DNA of 64,000 nucleotides from Ophelia neglecta (Eukaryota): NCBI GenBank assembly GCA_965285935.1, contig OZ260666.1, positions 38,192,001 to 38,256,000 of the forward strand, read 5' to 3'. Shown piece by piece: positions 26,701 to 38,489 of this stretch (position 1 is its first letter; each line of letters starts with the position of its first letter). The notes under the pieces were generated by a model. It saw only the letters and a program-made list of their open reading frames with translations, ran no database searches and was not told where the DNA came from. The position numbers and the translations under genes were made by a program.

Positions 26701-27209
26701 GACAGTGTCTAGACAACCGTCTGCTGAACATTATCAATAATCTTCTAGAACATTATTGATAATGTTGTAGTAGACGGTTGCCTTCAACCTTCCCCAAAAG
26801 AATCTTGACTTGTGACAATAGAAACGTATACTAATTTATATATAGATACTTCCCAGTCAGAGATTGAAGAGCCACAGATTGTCGGTACCCTGAGTAAGGT
26901 AGCTGGATTTGAGACGGACATCGACTGTGAAAACGATTGTGATTCGTATGTAGAACCATTAAAAACAGCACTAGCCTATCCCTTTTTATTTGAATGTTTG
27001 TTATATACCACACGGCGAGCCTACTACCCCCCCCCCCCCCCCCCGAGTAGTTTAACGTAGGATGGTATAATGTAAATGATTTGTTTTCCTATTTCAATTA
27101 AAAGACTTTTCACAAAGAGGAACATATAACATTTACACAAAATAAGATAAAAAAAATTAAAAAGAAAAAGCAAGCTAACACAATGTATTAAACACCCGTA
27201 AACATTCAT

Positions 27210-27490
27210 CACAAAAATCTAATACTCATAAGGAGAAGCAAAGTGCAACAAATATCAACGTTTCCAAGGATACACCATAATAAATGCATAAGATTCATCA
27301 GCGAATAGTAAAAGAAATGACTTGTTTGAGACAGCAGAGAGAGAGGTCATTGATATAGAGTAAGGAAATAAGTGGCCTTAAAATTGATCCTTGCCGAATG
27401 GAAGAGGATTAAGATAATAATGATGAGGGCTTACCAAAATAATCCCGATATTGTTTTCTCTGATAAATGTAGCTGGTGAGCCAGCGGTTC
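27210..27490 (-). pseudogene. Non-LTR (CR1/L2-like) reverse-transcriptase remnant
   Basis: Minus strand reads QGSILRPLISLLYINDL then an LFADES-like motif, with frameshifts (RT motifs QGS-LGP-LF-YINDL and FADD). Confidence 0.6.
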
Positions 27491-27932
27491 CTTTCTGAAT
27501 GGATCTAGTTTCCCCCATAAATAGGACAAAAAACGAATCTTGACAACTTCAAAACCTATGTTTAATTCTATTCAAAACAAAATACGAAATATCAAACAAA
27601 CTTTGAAAATAAACGGAAATTACACAGAAATTATTATCTAGAAATATTTGAGTTACTGATAATAGAACTTCAATAAATGTGCGCCAGTTTTTCACATTGA
27701 TCATCCATTGAGCTAATGCCTAAAATAAGGTAGAATACAGAACGTATCCCAGGCGTGTTTTTGATCAGCAGACGAACATCCCCAGAACAGCTAATAGCCA
27801 ACATTACAAACGCGCCCGTCCAGTGCGTTCCGTTTTGTTTAGACACACGTGCCATAGGAGAATGGGACGATAAAAAGAAGCTTAAGCTTGGAACAAGACG
27901 CGTCCGACGTGTATTACCAAATGAGAGTAGTC

Positions 27933-28606
27933 TCACCCAAAAATAGACCATAACGTGTAGCAGGCTTTAAAAGCGTCTCCCTGCCATTTGCACTCCCCTC
28001 TACACAGTGCCGCCACTCTGCGGCTAGCGAGCGTATCACAATAAGAACAAATCACCCCGCAGTTGTCCCTCTTTTCCTCCAATCCTCTCTTCACATTACG
28101 CAGATCATACTTTGTAAAGTCCTCAACCTTCTTAGAGAGAGTCTCGGCTAGTTCTGGTAGAACATTTTCGAAATTGGACCAAAGTCGGACTGGATAGGAA
28201 TGTAGAGCAGTGTTCTTGTATTCAAAAGGGACGCATTTAATGACAGGAATAAAAAACGCTCCCAAAATCAAGAACGTCAGCATCCGACTGCATGTAAAAT
28301 GTGAAAAGAATATAAAAACTTCCCTGTACATTTGAACTTAGTTTTCTTATAATCTTAGATTTAATTGGACGGTAATAAAAAATTAAATAATTATGGATAA
28401 GATAGTGTATAAATCTTATTGTTTTATTGGTAATAGTAATTGAAAAGGAAAAAAAAGTTTTTACCAAAAAGTAGCCACAAGACTTGCAGGATTAGCATCA
28501 TTTCTTTCCATGCTAAAGCCATAAAATGTATATCAATAAAAAGAAGATAATATAGGATAATTGTCAGTCGTGGCATTTCTTACCTTAAAAAGGATATCGC
28601 TTTCAT
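27933..28606 (-). CDS. Secreted Cys-rich neuropeptide/prohormone precursor, eclosion-hormone-like Cys spacing
   Basis: Exons 28584-28606 and 27933-28287 give MKAISFLSRMLTFLILGAFFIPVIKC (signal), a propeptide, KR-GLEE-KR, then DNCGVICSYCDTLASRRVAALCRGECKWQGDAFKACYTLWSIFG* (C-x3-C-x2-C-x11-C-x3-C-x9-C). Confidence 0.75.
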
Positions 28607-29251
28607 GTTGTTCATTCACAAAAATCGTATTCGCCCAAATGAGGTATGTGCCTGCACAGTAAGTTTTGAATGCACAGTTATTCTTTAAGAACTATTCAAA
28701 GGCCTTGTAAAAAAGGGTTTCCGACACTGCAAATTGTCTTTCTTGTCAATGCAGGAAATTAAGGGCTGTAAAGGCAATTCTTTCCCTTTGCTCTTTCATC
28801 TATCAGATCTAACGTGTGCCTGATTCGATACGGAGTTATATACGGGTATAAATTCAATAACTAAGCTCACACGTGCATAATTCCAGGTTTTAATGTTTAT
28901 TTAAAGGTCAGGTATTTTAGAAATGACGATATGAAGTTCGAATTTTCATTATTCATAGCGGAAGCTATATGATACAGGAATTTTAGAAGAATATATATTA
29001 AACAATTGCAACACTTATTAATGAAATTAGATTCCATAAACTAAGTTTTCCTTTTATTAAAAGTGTAAATCATGTTGTAAATTAAACTTTCATAGATATC
29101 CGACACAGTAACATAATCAGGGACCAAAACATAAATCCAACGAATGACGCAAAGCTTATCATTAACAGAGAACTATACACACCCGCATAATATCAACGTC
29201 TCCCACCCGGAAAATAAATGCGCAACTAAAAGTGAATGAATGAAAACAAAG

Positions 29252-29261
29252 GTGACGTCAC
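29252..29261. promoter_or_regulatory. Candidate CRE (GTGACGTCAC palindrome) upstream of the prohormone gene
   Basis: Perfect TGACGTCA about 650 bp 5' of the first coding exon; function is inference only. Confidence 0.3.
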
Positions 29262-30664
29262 GTACAATCAGAAGCAGTCAAAAGTTGCGAATCAGTTGAA
29301 AGCATAAAGCACGAGTATAATAAGGGATTATATATATTTATGTAGGGGTAATTTTTGTCTAGATTATATAAATACTAGCAGTGACCCGTGGAAACGCCGT
29401 CAGTGGAGGAAAGTATCCAAATAAGAAACATCCAAATACAGAGACAAAATGGTGTAACGTTACATAGTAACTTTTTAGCAGCACCACCTGTCTCATAAAG
29501 GCAGTTTTCTTTGGTTTCGACATTAGAAATGTGACTGCTCTGTGACAGCGTACTACTGCCCTAACTGCTTCACCGGCCAGCTATGTTCATGTAACATTCT
29601 CAATTTTGTATCTGCATATATATATATACACACTCCATTCCCCAGAGCCCACTCTGGTATCTGAGGTGAAACACATGATGCTTTGAAATTTCATCCAAAA
29701 GAAGGGTCCATTCCCAGGGTGATCCAGATTATTTAAAGCCTTAAAAGTGTAACACAACATACTTTCACAACATAAATTACAGATATATAGCTCTAGCCTC
29801 TAAAAAGAATTCATGTTTAGTAGCCATAAATTCTCTAAGTTGACAAAAAATGTTTTTTTGGACAAGACTCTAGAATCGCAAAAGAAAACTGTTTCAGTTT
29901 TTTTTTTTTTTTTTTCTCAAATGGGAGAGAAAATTCTTGTCAAAGACCAATAAAATATGATGATAATTTTTATTTCTATAAATTATGGTGCGACCACTTC
30001 AATATCACTCAATAATCACACAGACCATCTTTCTCAAGAAGTTCAGTTTGTGACACTGTGCCTGATCCTTGATTGAACGCTTGGAATGAAACGCCCAACT
30101 TCCTGACAATAGATTGATTTCGGATCATACGGCCAGTAAGCTGTCATTTCTATACGTACGCCAACTTATAGAGGAATTACATCACAAATAAAGAATTGAA
30201 AGAGAAAAAATATACCTAAGTAAAATAAATAAACAAAACAGGTTCACTGAATTCCATTAGTACATCAGCATTGCATGAAAGTGCTAGCTACCCCCCCCCC
30301 CTCCGTCCCCCTTAGATAACCCTCCTCCCCTTTGCTGCCCCTTTTTGTGCTGTATGCCTAACCCTCCCGGCCCCCCTCTCCCCCCCCCCCGCCCCCCCCC
30401 CCCCCACTGTAACCTCAGTATAGTCCTAAACTGTCATTTATATGTTAATCTCTTGTGACAACAAAACAGGCTTCTCTGCATTTTATCAGTACGTCAGCAT
30501 TGCATGAGAGTGCTATGTTACCCCCCCCCCCCCTCCTTCCCCCTTAGATAACCCTCCTCCCCTTGGCTGCCCCTTTTTGTGCTATATGCCTACAACTCCC
30601 CATGGCTGGCCCCCTCCCCCCTCCGTAGCCTCAGTCAAGTCTTCTACTGTCATTTACATGTTAA

Positions 30665-32870
30665 CTAGCAGTGACCCGTGGGCATCCACGGTGAAAAGGG
30701 CAGCAGTGGATTGAATGGTGGTTTATTCGAAGAGAGCAGTTTTCATTTGTTACTATTATAATGCTGGGTTGAGACAAAAAAATAGAAAAGTAAGTTGGTA
30801 TAAAAAAAAATCCATCATAAATGATAGTGCCTATATATTGCCAATGTTGGGAGAGACAAAACAATAAAAGTGCAAACAGATTTGAATGAAACATACATAG
30901 CAAAGGTAGTCTTAAGTTTTATTCCAGTCATCCAGTGAACACCTCTCGAGCAGTTCATTGAAGAATTTCAGGATACACAACAGTTTTGGTGACTGTTGTC
31001 ATGGTGTCTGATGCATAACCCTGCTTTGTGGTGTTCTCGATTTTTACTTTAATGCGTTGAAATGATTTTGTCTGTGAGAAGGCTATGTATAGTTGTCCAT
31101 GTGTGAAAACAGGGTAAGGAAAGTAAATGCCTATTTCTTTGAATGTTTACCCTTGCGCCTTGTTGATCGTCATTAAATAGGCTATCCGAGCAAGGAATTG
31201 GATGCGTTCTAGAACGATAGTCAAATTCACATCTGATGGGGCGAGTTTAATGCGGGGAATGAGAATCCTCTTCCCTGCCTGTGTGTTCGCCACAACCACT
31301 GTGCCAATTGTGTCGGCATGAAGGTGACGAACAATCTGGCGGGTCCCATTACAAAAGCCATTTTTAATGTCAAGGCTACGAAGGAGCATTATCAATGCAC
31401 CCTTCTTCAGGATCACTTTGTGCTCTGGCATTCCTGACGGAGTGAGACTGTTGAGGAATTCAACTGGGAAATTGTTCTCGTCAGGGTTGTGGGACACAAT
31501 ACAGTCAATGCTCAGGTTTTTTTTTTTGCTCCCTGGAAGTTGTTTGAGGATTTCTCTGTTGATGGCCAAGATGGTGTCATTTTTGGGGGTTAGTATTATT
31601 TGTTTGGAAACATCACCCTCTAATGTTGGGTATACTGCTTGTACCAGGTCCCCGTCGCACAGGCACTCATTAGGAATGTGAATTGAGCAGTCCCCAAACG
31701 TAGCCCTACAATAATTATATATAAATAGTAACGGTAATGTCCTTATTCCCTCACAATTGAGATAATTTCATTCACACATTTAGTTTTGAATTCCTACATT
31801 AAATTTCTAATCATATCCCAACCGGTACAATTAAATTTCCGTACACTTTAATTTGAATCACTGCAAACAGTTTTCCTACATTTTAATATCAATAACAATT
31901 TCTCTGCAATTTTCTATCTCTCCAAATAAATCCCCGGATGGCAGCTTTGTCTAAGGTTCAGTATTGAGTCCAGAGGCGTAGGAAGGAAAATCAAAGTGAG
32001 GGGGCAAACTTTACATCAGCAGCATAAAAAGTGGGGGGGGGGGGGGGCAAAACATATGATGGCCCCCCACTTTTTTAAGTCGGGGGGGGGGGCGGGGGCA
32101 TGCCCCCCTGACTTAAAAAAGTGGGGGGGGGGCATGCCACTGTACATTGATCTTTACGTGCCAAAAAAACATTGAATAAATTCAATTATCTGGTGTGTAT
32201 TGGTTTGTAAATAACCTGCCTACAGGTAACTGTTTGATGATGGTTTAGCCAACTGAGGACAGACGCTCCTAACCACTGCTGCATTACACTGTGACCATTT
32301 TGAGAGGGGAAAAAGTAAGAGGGTCATCATTAAAAAGTGGGTGGGCCAAAACATTTGATGCCCCCCCCCCCCCCCCCCGGTGATGTCGAAAACATTCTAA
32401 TAAACAAACAAATCGACTCATGCAGCAAGTATCCGACAATATATTAATCATCAAATCGGCCTCCTTTCCCAAGAAATACACAGCTGAATGTGGCGTATGA
32501 ATATTCAAAGCTGCGAGTCGCTCGTATCGAGACTGCATGGTCGGGTGTCCACCTTCCCTTCGTAGCAGTGCACACAGCTCTGTTCTCTTCGCCTGTAGCG
32601 GTGATGCGGAGGAGCTAGATGCGATAAGCATTGGCACCTGCTGCGAAGGGTAGTGTCCACCTCAACCGGGTAAAATGGCGGCGATCGGCAGACGACAGAG
32701 GCGAGCTAAAAGGCAAACGCGCACGGTTCGAAGGTTTACATCGCACCGAACTGGTCCGAAATAAAAAATTCCACGATTGGAGCGGACAGAAAGGCGTCGC
32801 CAAAAGTTGGGGGCGTACCGTCCGCCAGCGGCCGAGAAAAATCGTAAACAATTGGGTAATATATAATAGA
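30665..32870 (-). mobile_element. Non-autonomous Helitron (2.2 kb) with Pif1-helicase remnant
   Basis: Minus strand begins TCTTATATAT (32870) and ends CCGTGG-atgc-CCACGG hairpin...CTAG (30665). Inserted at an A|T site with no TSD; removing it restores the host repeat GTTAA|TGGCTTGTGATAACAAAACAGG. Confidence 0.85.
30956..31690 (-). pseudogene. Helitron Rep/Hel C-terminal Pif1-like helicase fragment
   Basis: FPVEFLNSLTPSGMPEH, IMLLRSLD...FCNGTR, ILIPRI, MTINKAQG*T, VFTHGQLYIAFS, VVYPEIL. In-frame stop and 5' truncation. Confidence 0.9.
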
Positions 32871-33340
32871 TGGCTTGTGATAACAAAACAGGTTTCTCTG
32901 CATTTTATCAGTAAATCAGCATTGCATGAGAGTGCTATGTAACCCCCCCCCCTCCTTCCCCCATTAGATAAGCCTTCTCCCCTTGGCTGACAACACCACC
33001 ACCATAGCCTCTGTCTCCTGCCATTTAGATGTTAATCTATTGTGTCAACAAAACAGGCTCACTCTGAATCTTACCAGTAATCAGCATGGCATGCTGAATG
33101 GATACAGTATTTCCCATGATGCACTGCTGTTGCTTGGCAACATCAAATATGGCATCAAGTATGGCTGCAAATGATACAGACGACAGATTTTCCCAAAATG
33201 CAAAAGCTTCTTGACTGCAAAATGCGCACAGCGCACCGCAATCTCACATACTTTAGCACAACCACAGAAGTTTCAGCAACAATCGGTGAAGATTTCAGGC
33301 ACATCGGTTAGTTGAGGAACCGGGAAATCCATGTTGCACT

Positions 33341-33931
33341 TGTGGTATTTATATATCCCCTTTTACGTTGACAAAGAGAAAAATACCGGGTTCAAGCATA
33401 AAACAGTTTATTACAATGGACATGCAATTCCTTGGCTGGCAATACTTTCCTGGTGTATACAAAAATCTGTAATAAAGATAATGGAATTTATCACAACCAA
33501 CAATGCTCTTTCATAATTACAATTTACACCGGATTACCTTTAGCGGCACCAACTTGGTACAGTTTGTACAATTGACTATTAAGTTTGCCTTGCCGATTAA
33601 GCTAGCCTTCTAAGTGAAATATAATATATATTTTATACAAGAATTGTATATGTTTTTATGACAATGAATTAGGAAAAAGAATTTATGTAACCCGTTCGGA
33701 CTTACCCAGTAATGGACTGGATTTTGTAATGATTCCACAATGAAGGGAAGGCCGGTCCTTCGCCGGTCAATTCAAACGTGGAATGATTACTTGGCCGGGC
33801 GCTCGGTTACACCTCGCTGAACCGCGGTATTGGTTGCGCCATAGCGGTCAGTTAGGAACCAATATATTAGTCACGCCAACAGTGGTCATTTGGGGAACTA
33901 TACAGACTGGCGGGAGACCTACACTCTCACA
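33341..33931 (-). repeat. 3' LTR
   Basis: Direct repeat of 41257-41847. Confidence 0.95.
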
Positions 33932-34346
33932 CACTTCCCAGCTTGAAGAATTATCATGTCCTCATGATTTTACAATTAGGTTAAAAACAATTATAACAAA
34001 GTAAATAGTTTTTTTCAAACTTTTCTAAGATATGTGTAAAATATATATACAGTTGGCCAATTTTTCATCGTAGTTATAACATCACAGCTTTAACTGTAGA
34101 AGTTGCTGTTTTGGAATTCCAACAAAATACAATTAGTTTATCAAAAGTACCTGTACAATTTATCACTGGTACATAACAGGTTTGAAATATTCCGACATTC
34201 TGTAGAACACTATTCAACTCTGTTCAATCTTGCTAGCATTTACAATTTTCTCAAAATACACACATTACACACCTACATTGTGTTCGCATACAATTTATAT
34301 TACACAAATACTTCATGCAGTTCAGGGCTAACACAACTATTACTTC

Positions 34347-37300
34347 TTACCGCCGAAACAGGGAGGTTATGGGGGTTTGTATGTTGCCAAGGTTTGATCT
34401 TTGTGATCTACGCAGTTTTACTGGCTGGACAGGTTCAACTGTATTTTCGCCGTCATGGCTTTCAGAACTATTTTCTGAAATTACCTCAGCCTCTGGGGCT
34501 GTGTCAGACTCAACAGTGTTGTTTAGTTCAGGGATAGGGATAGTAACCTTAATCTCTGCCCTAAAACTACTTTCGCTGCTTGTTTCGTCATCAAGGTTAC
34601 TTTGGCTTAGCAGCTCAGCTTCAGGCATATCCTGATCAGTTTCTGTAGGCAAGGGATACGCATCAATGTTATAATCAACATACAGTTCTCTTGAATCTAG
34701 TATTTCTGACCTACTTACATTCTTTTTATCACCTTCACCAGCAGCCGGTTTTACAGTGTACACATTATTGCTGGGTCTATCAGTAACAATAAATGGATCA
34801 GCACACCAAAGGTCTTGAATCTTATTGCGCCCGAGTACTCGATTGCGAAGATATACTCTAGCGCCTATGCTGATGGGTTTGTCACTCACACATTTTTTGT
34901 CGTTATACAGTTTGCGTCTCTTTTCGGCACACAACTCAATGTTTTCAGATGCATGCCTGAAAGCAGACTGTAGATTGTTTTGGTGTTCACTTAACCAATC
35001 ATCAATTGTAAACTGATCACCTATCTCGCCTTTCCCACTCAAAGCCATGTCAATTGGGAGGATAGGTTCCCTGCCAAACATGAGAAAGAATGGAGATAAG
35101 CCAGAAGATTTGTGAGGTGTACAATTGTAGATATAGGTCAAGTGAGGCAAGTATGATGGCCACTTTTTCTTTTGGTCAGGGGGGATGGTACGTAGGAGGT
35201 TATGCATTGTCCTATTGAACCTTTCAGTTTGGCCATTTCCCATAGGGTGGTACGCAGTAGTACGAGACTTTCTAATACCATAATATTTACAAAGTTCTTT
35301 GATGATTTGACTCTCAAAACACCGACCTTGATCAGAATGAATCCTGCGACAGATACCGTAATGGTTGAACCATTCTTTTACAAGAACTTTTGCCACAGTA
35401 GATGCCCTCTGATCCCTAGTAGGTATAGCTTTTGAGTACTTTGTAAAAATGTCAGTCATAACTAACACATTTTCTGTACCATCTGATGCCTTTTCTAAAC
35501 AGGTAAAGTCAATAGCTAGAATTTCTAGCGGTTGTTTGGCTATGAGGTTGGAAATGGTTGGGTTGGCAGGGGCACTTTTGGCGATAAGACATCGCTTACA
35601 ATGGGTACACCATCTCTCCACATCAGTATACATTCCTATCCAGAAGCACCTAGCTCTGAGGATAGAAAATGTCCTCTGTATGCCTTGATGTCCACATTCA
35701 TCATGTGCCAATCCAAGCATTTCTTTCCTAACAGAAAGTGGAATTACAAGTTGACAAACCTTCCTACCCTGATCGTGTGTCTTTCTATACAAAATACGGT
35801 CGAGGACTACCAATTGCTCCCATTTAGAGCAGAGTCTCCGAACCTCCCAGTTCTCCTTACAAAGCTGACGTTTTGTCGGTTTATGACCAGTCAGAAGTTG
35901 ACATACTCTACTTATACACACGTCTTCTTCTTGTAGGAAACTAATCTGTTCTTTTGTATATTTTTCAGACCAAGAAGGGGGGTTATCTGGGCATAGGGCA
36001 ATTCGAGAAACAACGCCTGATCCAGGAATGAGAGGGATACCGGAAGTCGCAGTAATAGACCGAATGCTTGCCTCAACCTCTTCCGCTTCAATATGAGGCA
36101 TTCTGCTGAGGCCATCTGCATTCCCGTTACTAACACCTGACCTGTATTTGATCTGGAAATTGTATTGGCCCAGTTGCGCCACCCACCTGGTCTCCGTAGC
36201 GCCTAGTTTAGCTGAATGGATGTAGCTAAGCGGGTTATTGTCTGTATAAACTGTAAACATGGGGCATCCGACCAAGTATTCACGGAATTTTTCAGTAATT
36301 GCCCATTTTAAAGCCATGAACTCGAGCTTCATAGAGCTATAATTTCTTTCATTTTTCTCGGCGGGTTTCAAAGTCCGGGAGGCATAGGCTATCACTACTC
36401 TGCCTTGCTCCTGCTCTTGACTCAGAACTGCGCCAAGTCCTTGGAAACTGGCATCAGTTTCTAGGATGAATTCTCTACTTAAGTCTGGATAGCCGAGTAT
36501 TGGGGCACTAACCAAACTCTCTTTAAGGGTTGCAAAAGCCAAATCGCACTCATGAGACCATTTCTGACAGAAGCCAAGGGTTTCGTCTATAGTTATTGCC
36601 TTTTTGCGACCTTTCTTTTTGGGTGCTTTTCCCAGGAGAGCATGAAGTGGGGAGGCAATTTTGGCAAAATTCTTAACGTACTTCCGGTAATAACCTGCAA
36701 GACCTATAAAACTACGCAATTCTTGCTCACTCCTGGGCGTTGGCCACTCAGAAACAGCATTAGTCTTTTCAGGATCAGTTCTGACACCATTCCTGGACAC
36801 CAGGTGTCCAAGGTAACGGACCTCAGTCTTAAAAAACTGGCACTTCTTAATGCTTAGCCTGAGAGAGTGTTTCCTCAGAATTTCGAAGACAATTTTGAGA
36901 CGTTCCAAATGGTCCTCAAACGTCCTTGAAAAGACCAATATATCATCCAAAAAAAGTATTAGGATTTCATAATTTTCTTCACGAAAGCAAGTTTCCATTA
37001 GTCTCTGGAAAGTTGCAGGGCTATTTGACAAGCCGAATGGCATGCGTAAATATTCAAATAAACCTCCGGTGCCCACTCTAAATGCTGTCTTTGGGATATC
37101 TGTCTCCTCCATGGGAATCTGATGGTACCCTTGTGCCAGATCTAAGGAGGTAAAGAACCTTGACCCTCCCAAGGTTTCCAACACCTCATCAACCCTAGGT
37201 AATGGGTAAGCATCTTTTATTGTTTTCGAGTTCAACAATCTGTAGTCAACACATAGTCTCAGACTGTTGTCCTTCTTTTTCACTAGAACCACAGGAGATG

Positions 37301-38489
37301 CATAAGGGCTACTGCTAGGCCTGATAATATTTTCGCCAAGTAGCTTTTCAAGATGGTCTTTAACCTCGGCCATCATGTGAGGTGGAATTCGCCTGTGGGG
37401 AATCCTTATAGGGACATCGTCTACTAAATTGATCTTGTGTTTTACACTTTCGGTGCAAGAAAGCACCTCTCCTTCCTTCTGGAATACATCCCTATTTTCC
37501 AACAACAATTGTACCAAACTTGACCTCTGAGAAGAGTTCAAATGTTCTGGGAGTTCGACCTTGTCAAGCCAATCTGGTTTATTAGCTTCCGATAACACTG
37601 GGTTTTTATTTTGCGGTGGCTGAGCCATAACCCTATTAACAGAGACTTCAATGCACGCATCTGAAATGTCAAGCTCAATGTCCCGAGAACTTTTAGTCAC
37701 GGTAGCATCAGGATACAAGATACCTACTGGTGACTTGGCAGATAACCAAATGTCACTATCACCTAGATTCAAAACTCTTATAGAAGCATTTCTATTGTCA
37801 ACCATTGTGTAAGTGTCAACAACCATTATGTTTTTGGGCAAACATCCTGATTTTCCACTCACAGCTTGAACTAGGCCACTAACCACTTTGCTCCCGGGGA
37901 AAGTTTTTGTGCGACCACGTACCACTTTCACTGACCTAGCAGGGATAAGTTCGGGCAAAGTTCCTATTCTAACAAGTGAAGATCTAGAGTAATTATTGGG
38001 ATCATCCACGACAAAGAGCGACACAAGTTTCTTCCACATCGTAGGCAGTTCTGCAATGCCTGCTTTATCAAGCGAACCAATATTTTTGAAAATATTGCAT
38101 CCTATAGTAATTGCTGTTCCTGTTTGGTTTGCTTTACCATCGTCCTCAATGAAAAAGACTTGGTTTTCAATTTTAAATTCATCTATCTCCAAATCTAAAC
38201 AAACTATACCCACATAAGGAATAGTGATCCCATTAGCAGCAGATAGTTTGAAACTGGACAAGTCGGTAACAACTTCTTCTGATTTAGAATCAAAATATTT
38301 TGTAAAGTAAGAGTTTTTGATGAGGGAAACCTGTGCTCCTGTATCTAAAAGACATTTAAATTTGATCCCACCCACCAAAATATCTGAATGGGGGCAGTTA
38401 CCAACAGCAGAAGAGCAAAGTTTACCAAAATCATATGAGCCGTTCTCATCAATTCTCCCCGTTAATTGGCTCACTTCACGAGGAGTCAC
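34347..38489 (-). CDS. pol: Gypsy Pol polyprotein (PR-RT-RNaseH-IN)
   Basis: LLDTGA protease; RT motifs LDLAQGYHQ, MPFGLSNSP, LFLDD; RNase H ETDAS; HHCC (HDECGH...CKRC) and DDE (IDF, HSDQG, NGQTER) integrase. 1380 aa, no stops. Confidence 0.95.
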   Translation of the reverse strand: MTPREVSQLTGRIDENGSYDFGKLCSSAVGNCPHSDILVGGIKFKCLLDTGAQVSLIKNSYFTKYFDSKSEEVVTDLSSFKLSAANGITIPYVGIVCLDLEIDEFKIENQVFFIEDDGKANQTGTAITIGCNIFKNIGSLDKAGIAELPTMWKKLVSLFVVDDPNNYSRSSLVRIGTLPELIPARSVKVVRGRTKTFPGSKVVSGLVQAVSGKSGCLPKNIMVVDTYTMVDNRNASIRVLNLGDSDIWLSAKSPVGILYPDATVTKSSRDIELDISDACIEVSVNRVMAQPPQNKNPVLSEANKPDWLDKVELPEHLNSSQRSSLVQLLLENRDVFQKEGEVLSCTESVKHKINLVDDVPIRIPHRRIPPHMMAEVKDHLEKLLGENIIRPSSSPYASPVVLVKKKDNSLRLCVDYRLLNSKTIKDAYPLPRVDEVLETLGGSRFFTSLDLAQGYHQIPMEETDIPKTAFRVGTGGLFEYLRMPFGLSNSPATFQRLMETCFREENYEILILFLDDILVFSRTFEDHLERLKIVFEILRKHSLRLSIKKCQFFKTEVRYLGHLVSRNGVRTDPEKTNAVSEWPTPRSEQELRSFIGLAGYYRKYVKNFAKIASPLHALLGKAPKKKGRKKAITIDETLGFCQKWSHECDLAFATLKESLVSAPILGYPDLSREFILETDASFQGLGAVLSQEQEQGRVVIAYASRTLKPAEKNERNYSSMKLEFMALKWAITEKFREYLVGCPMFTVYTDNNPLSYIHSAKLGATETRWVAQLGQYNFQIKYRSGVSNGNADGLSRMPHIEAEEVEASIRSITATSGIPLIPGSGVVSRIALCPDNPPSWSEKYTKEQISFLQEEDVCISRVCQLLTGHKPTKRQLCKENWEVRRLCSKWEQLVVLDRILYRKTHDQGRKVCQLVIPLSVRKEMLGLAHDECGHQGIQRTFSILRARCFWIGMYTDVERWCTHCKRCLIAKSAPANPTISNLIAKQPLEILAIDFTCLEKASDGTENVLVMTDIFTKYSKAIPTRDQRASTVAKVLVKEWFNHYGICRRIHSDQGRCFESQIIKELCKYYGIRKSRTTAYHPMGNGQTERFNRTMHNLLRTIPPDQKKKWPSYLPHLTYIYNCTPHKSSGLSPFFLMFGREPILPIDMALSGKGEIGDQFTIDDWLSEHQNNLQSAFRHASENIELCAEKRRKLYNDKKCVSDKPISIGARVYLRNRVLGRNKIQDLWCADPFIVTDRPSNNVYTVKPAAGEGDKKNVSRSEILDSRELYVDYNIDAYPLPTETDQDMPEAELLSQSNLDDETSSESSFRAEIKVTIPIPELNNTVESDTAPEAEVISENSSESHDGENTVEPVQPVKLRRSQRSNLGNIQTPITSLFRR

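Larger units (their letters stand above)
30265..33095. repeat. Tandem ~165-230-bp units (CAGCATTGCATGA...C-rich...ACAAAACAGG) interrupted by a Helitron
   Basis: Units begin near 30265, 30495, 32917 and 33082; the second unit is split at 30664/32871. Confidence 0.75.

Noticed and set aside
33932-34346. Possible env gene in the Gypsy element
   Set aside because: Only about 400 bp of AT-rich sequence between the pol stop and the 3' LTR; no suitable ORF.
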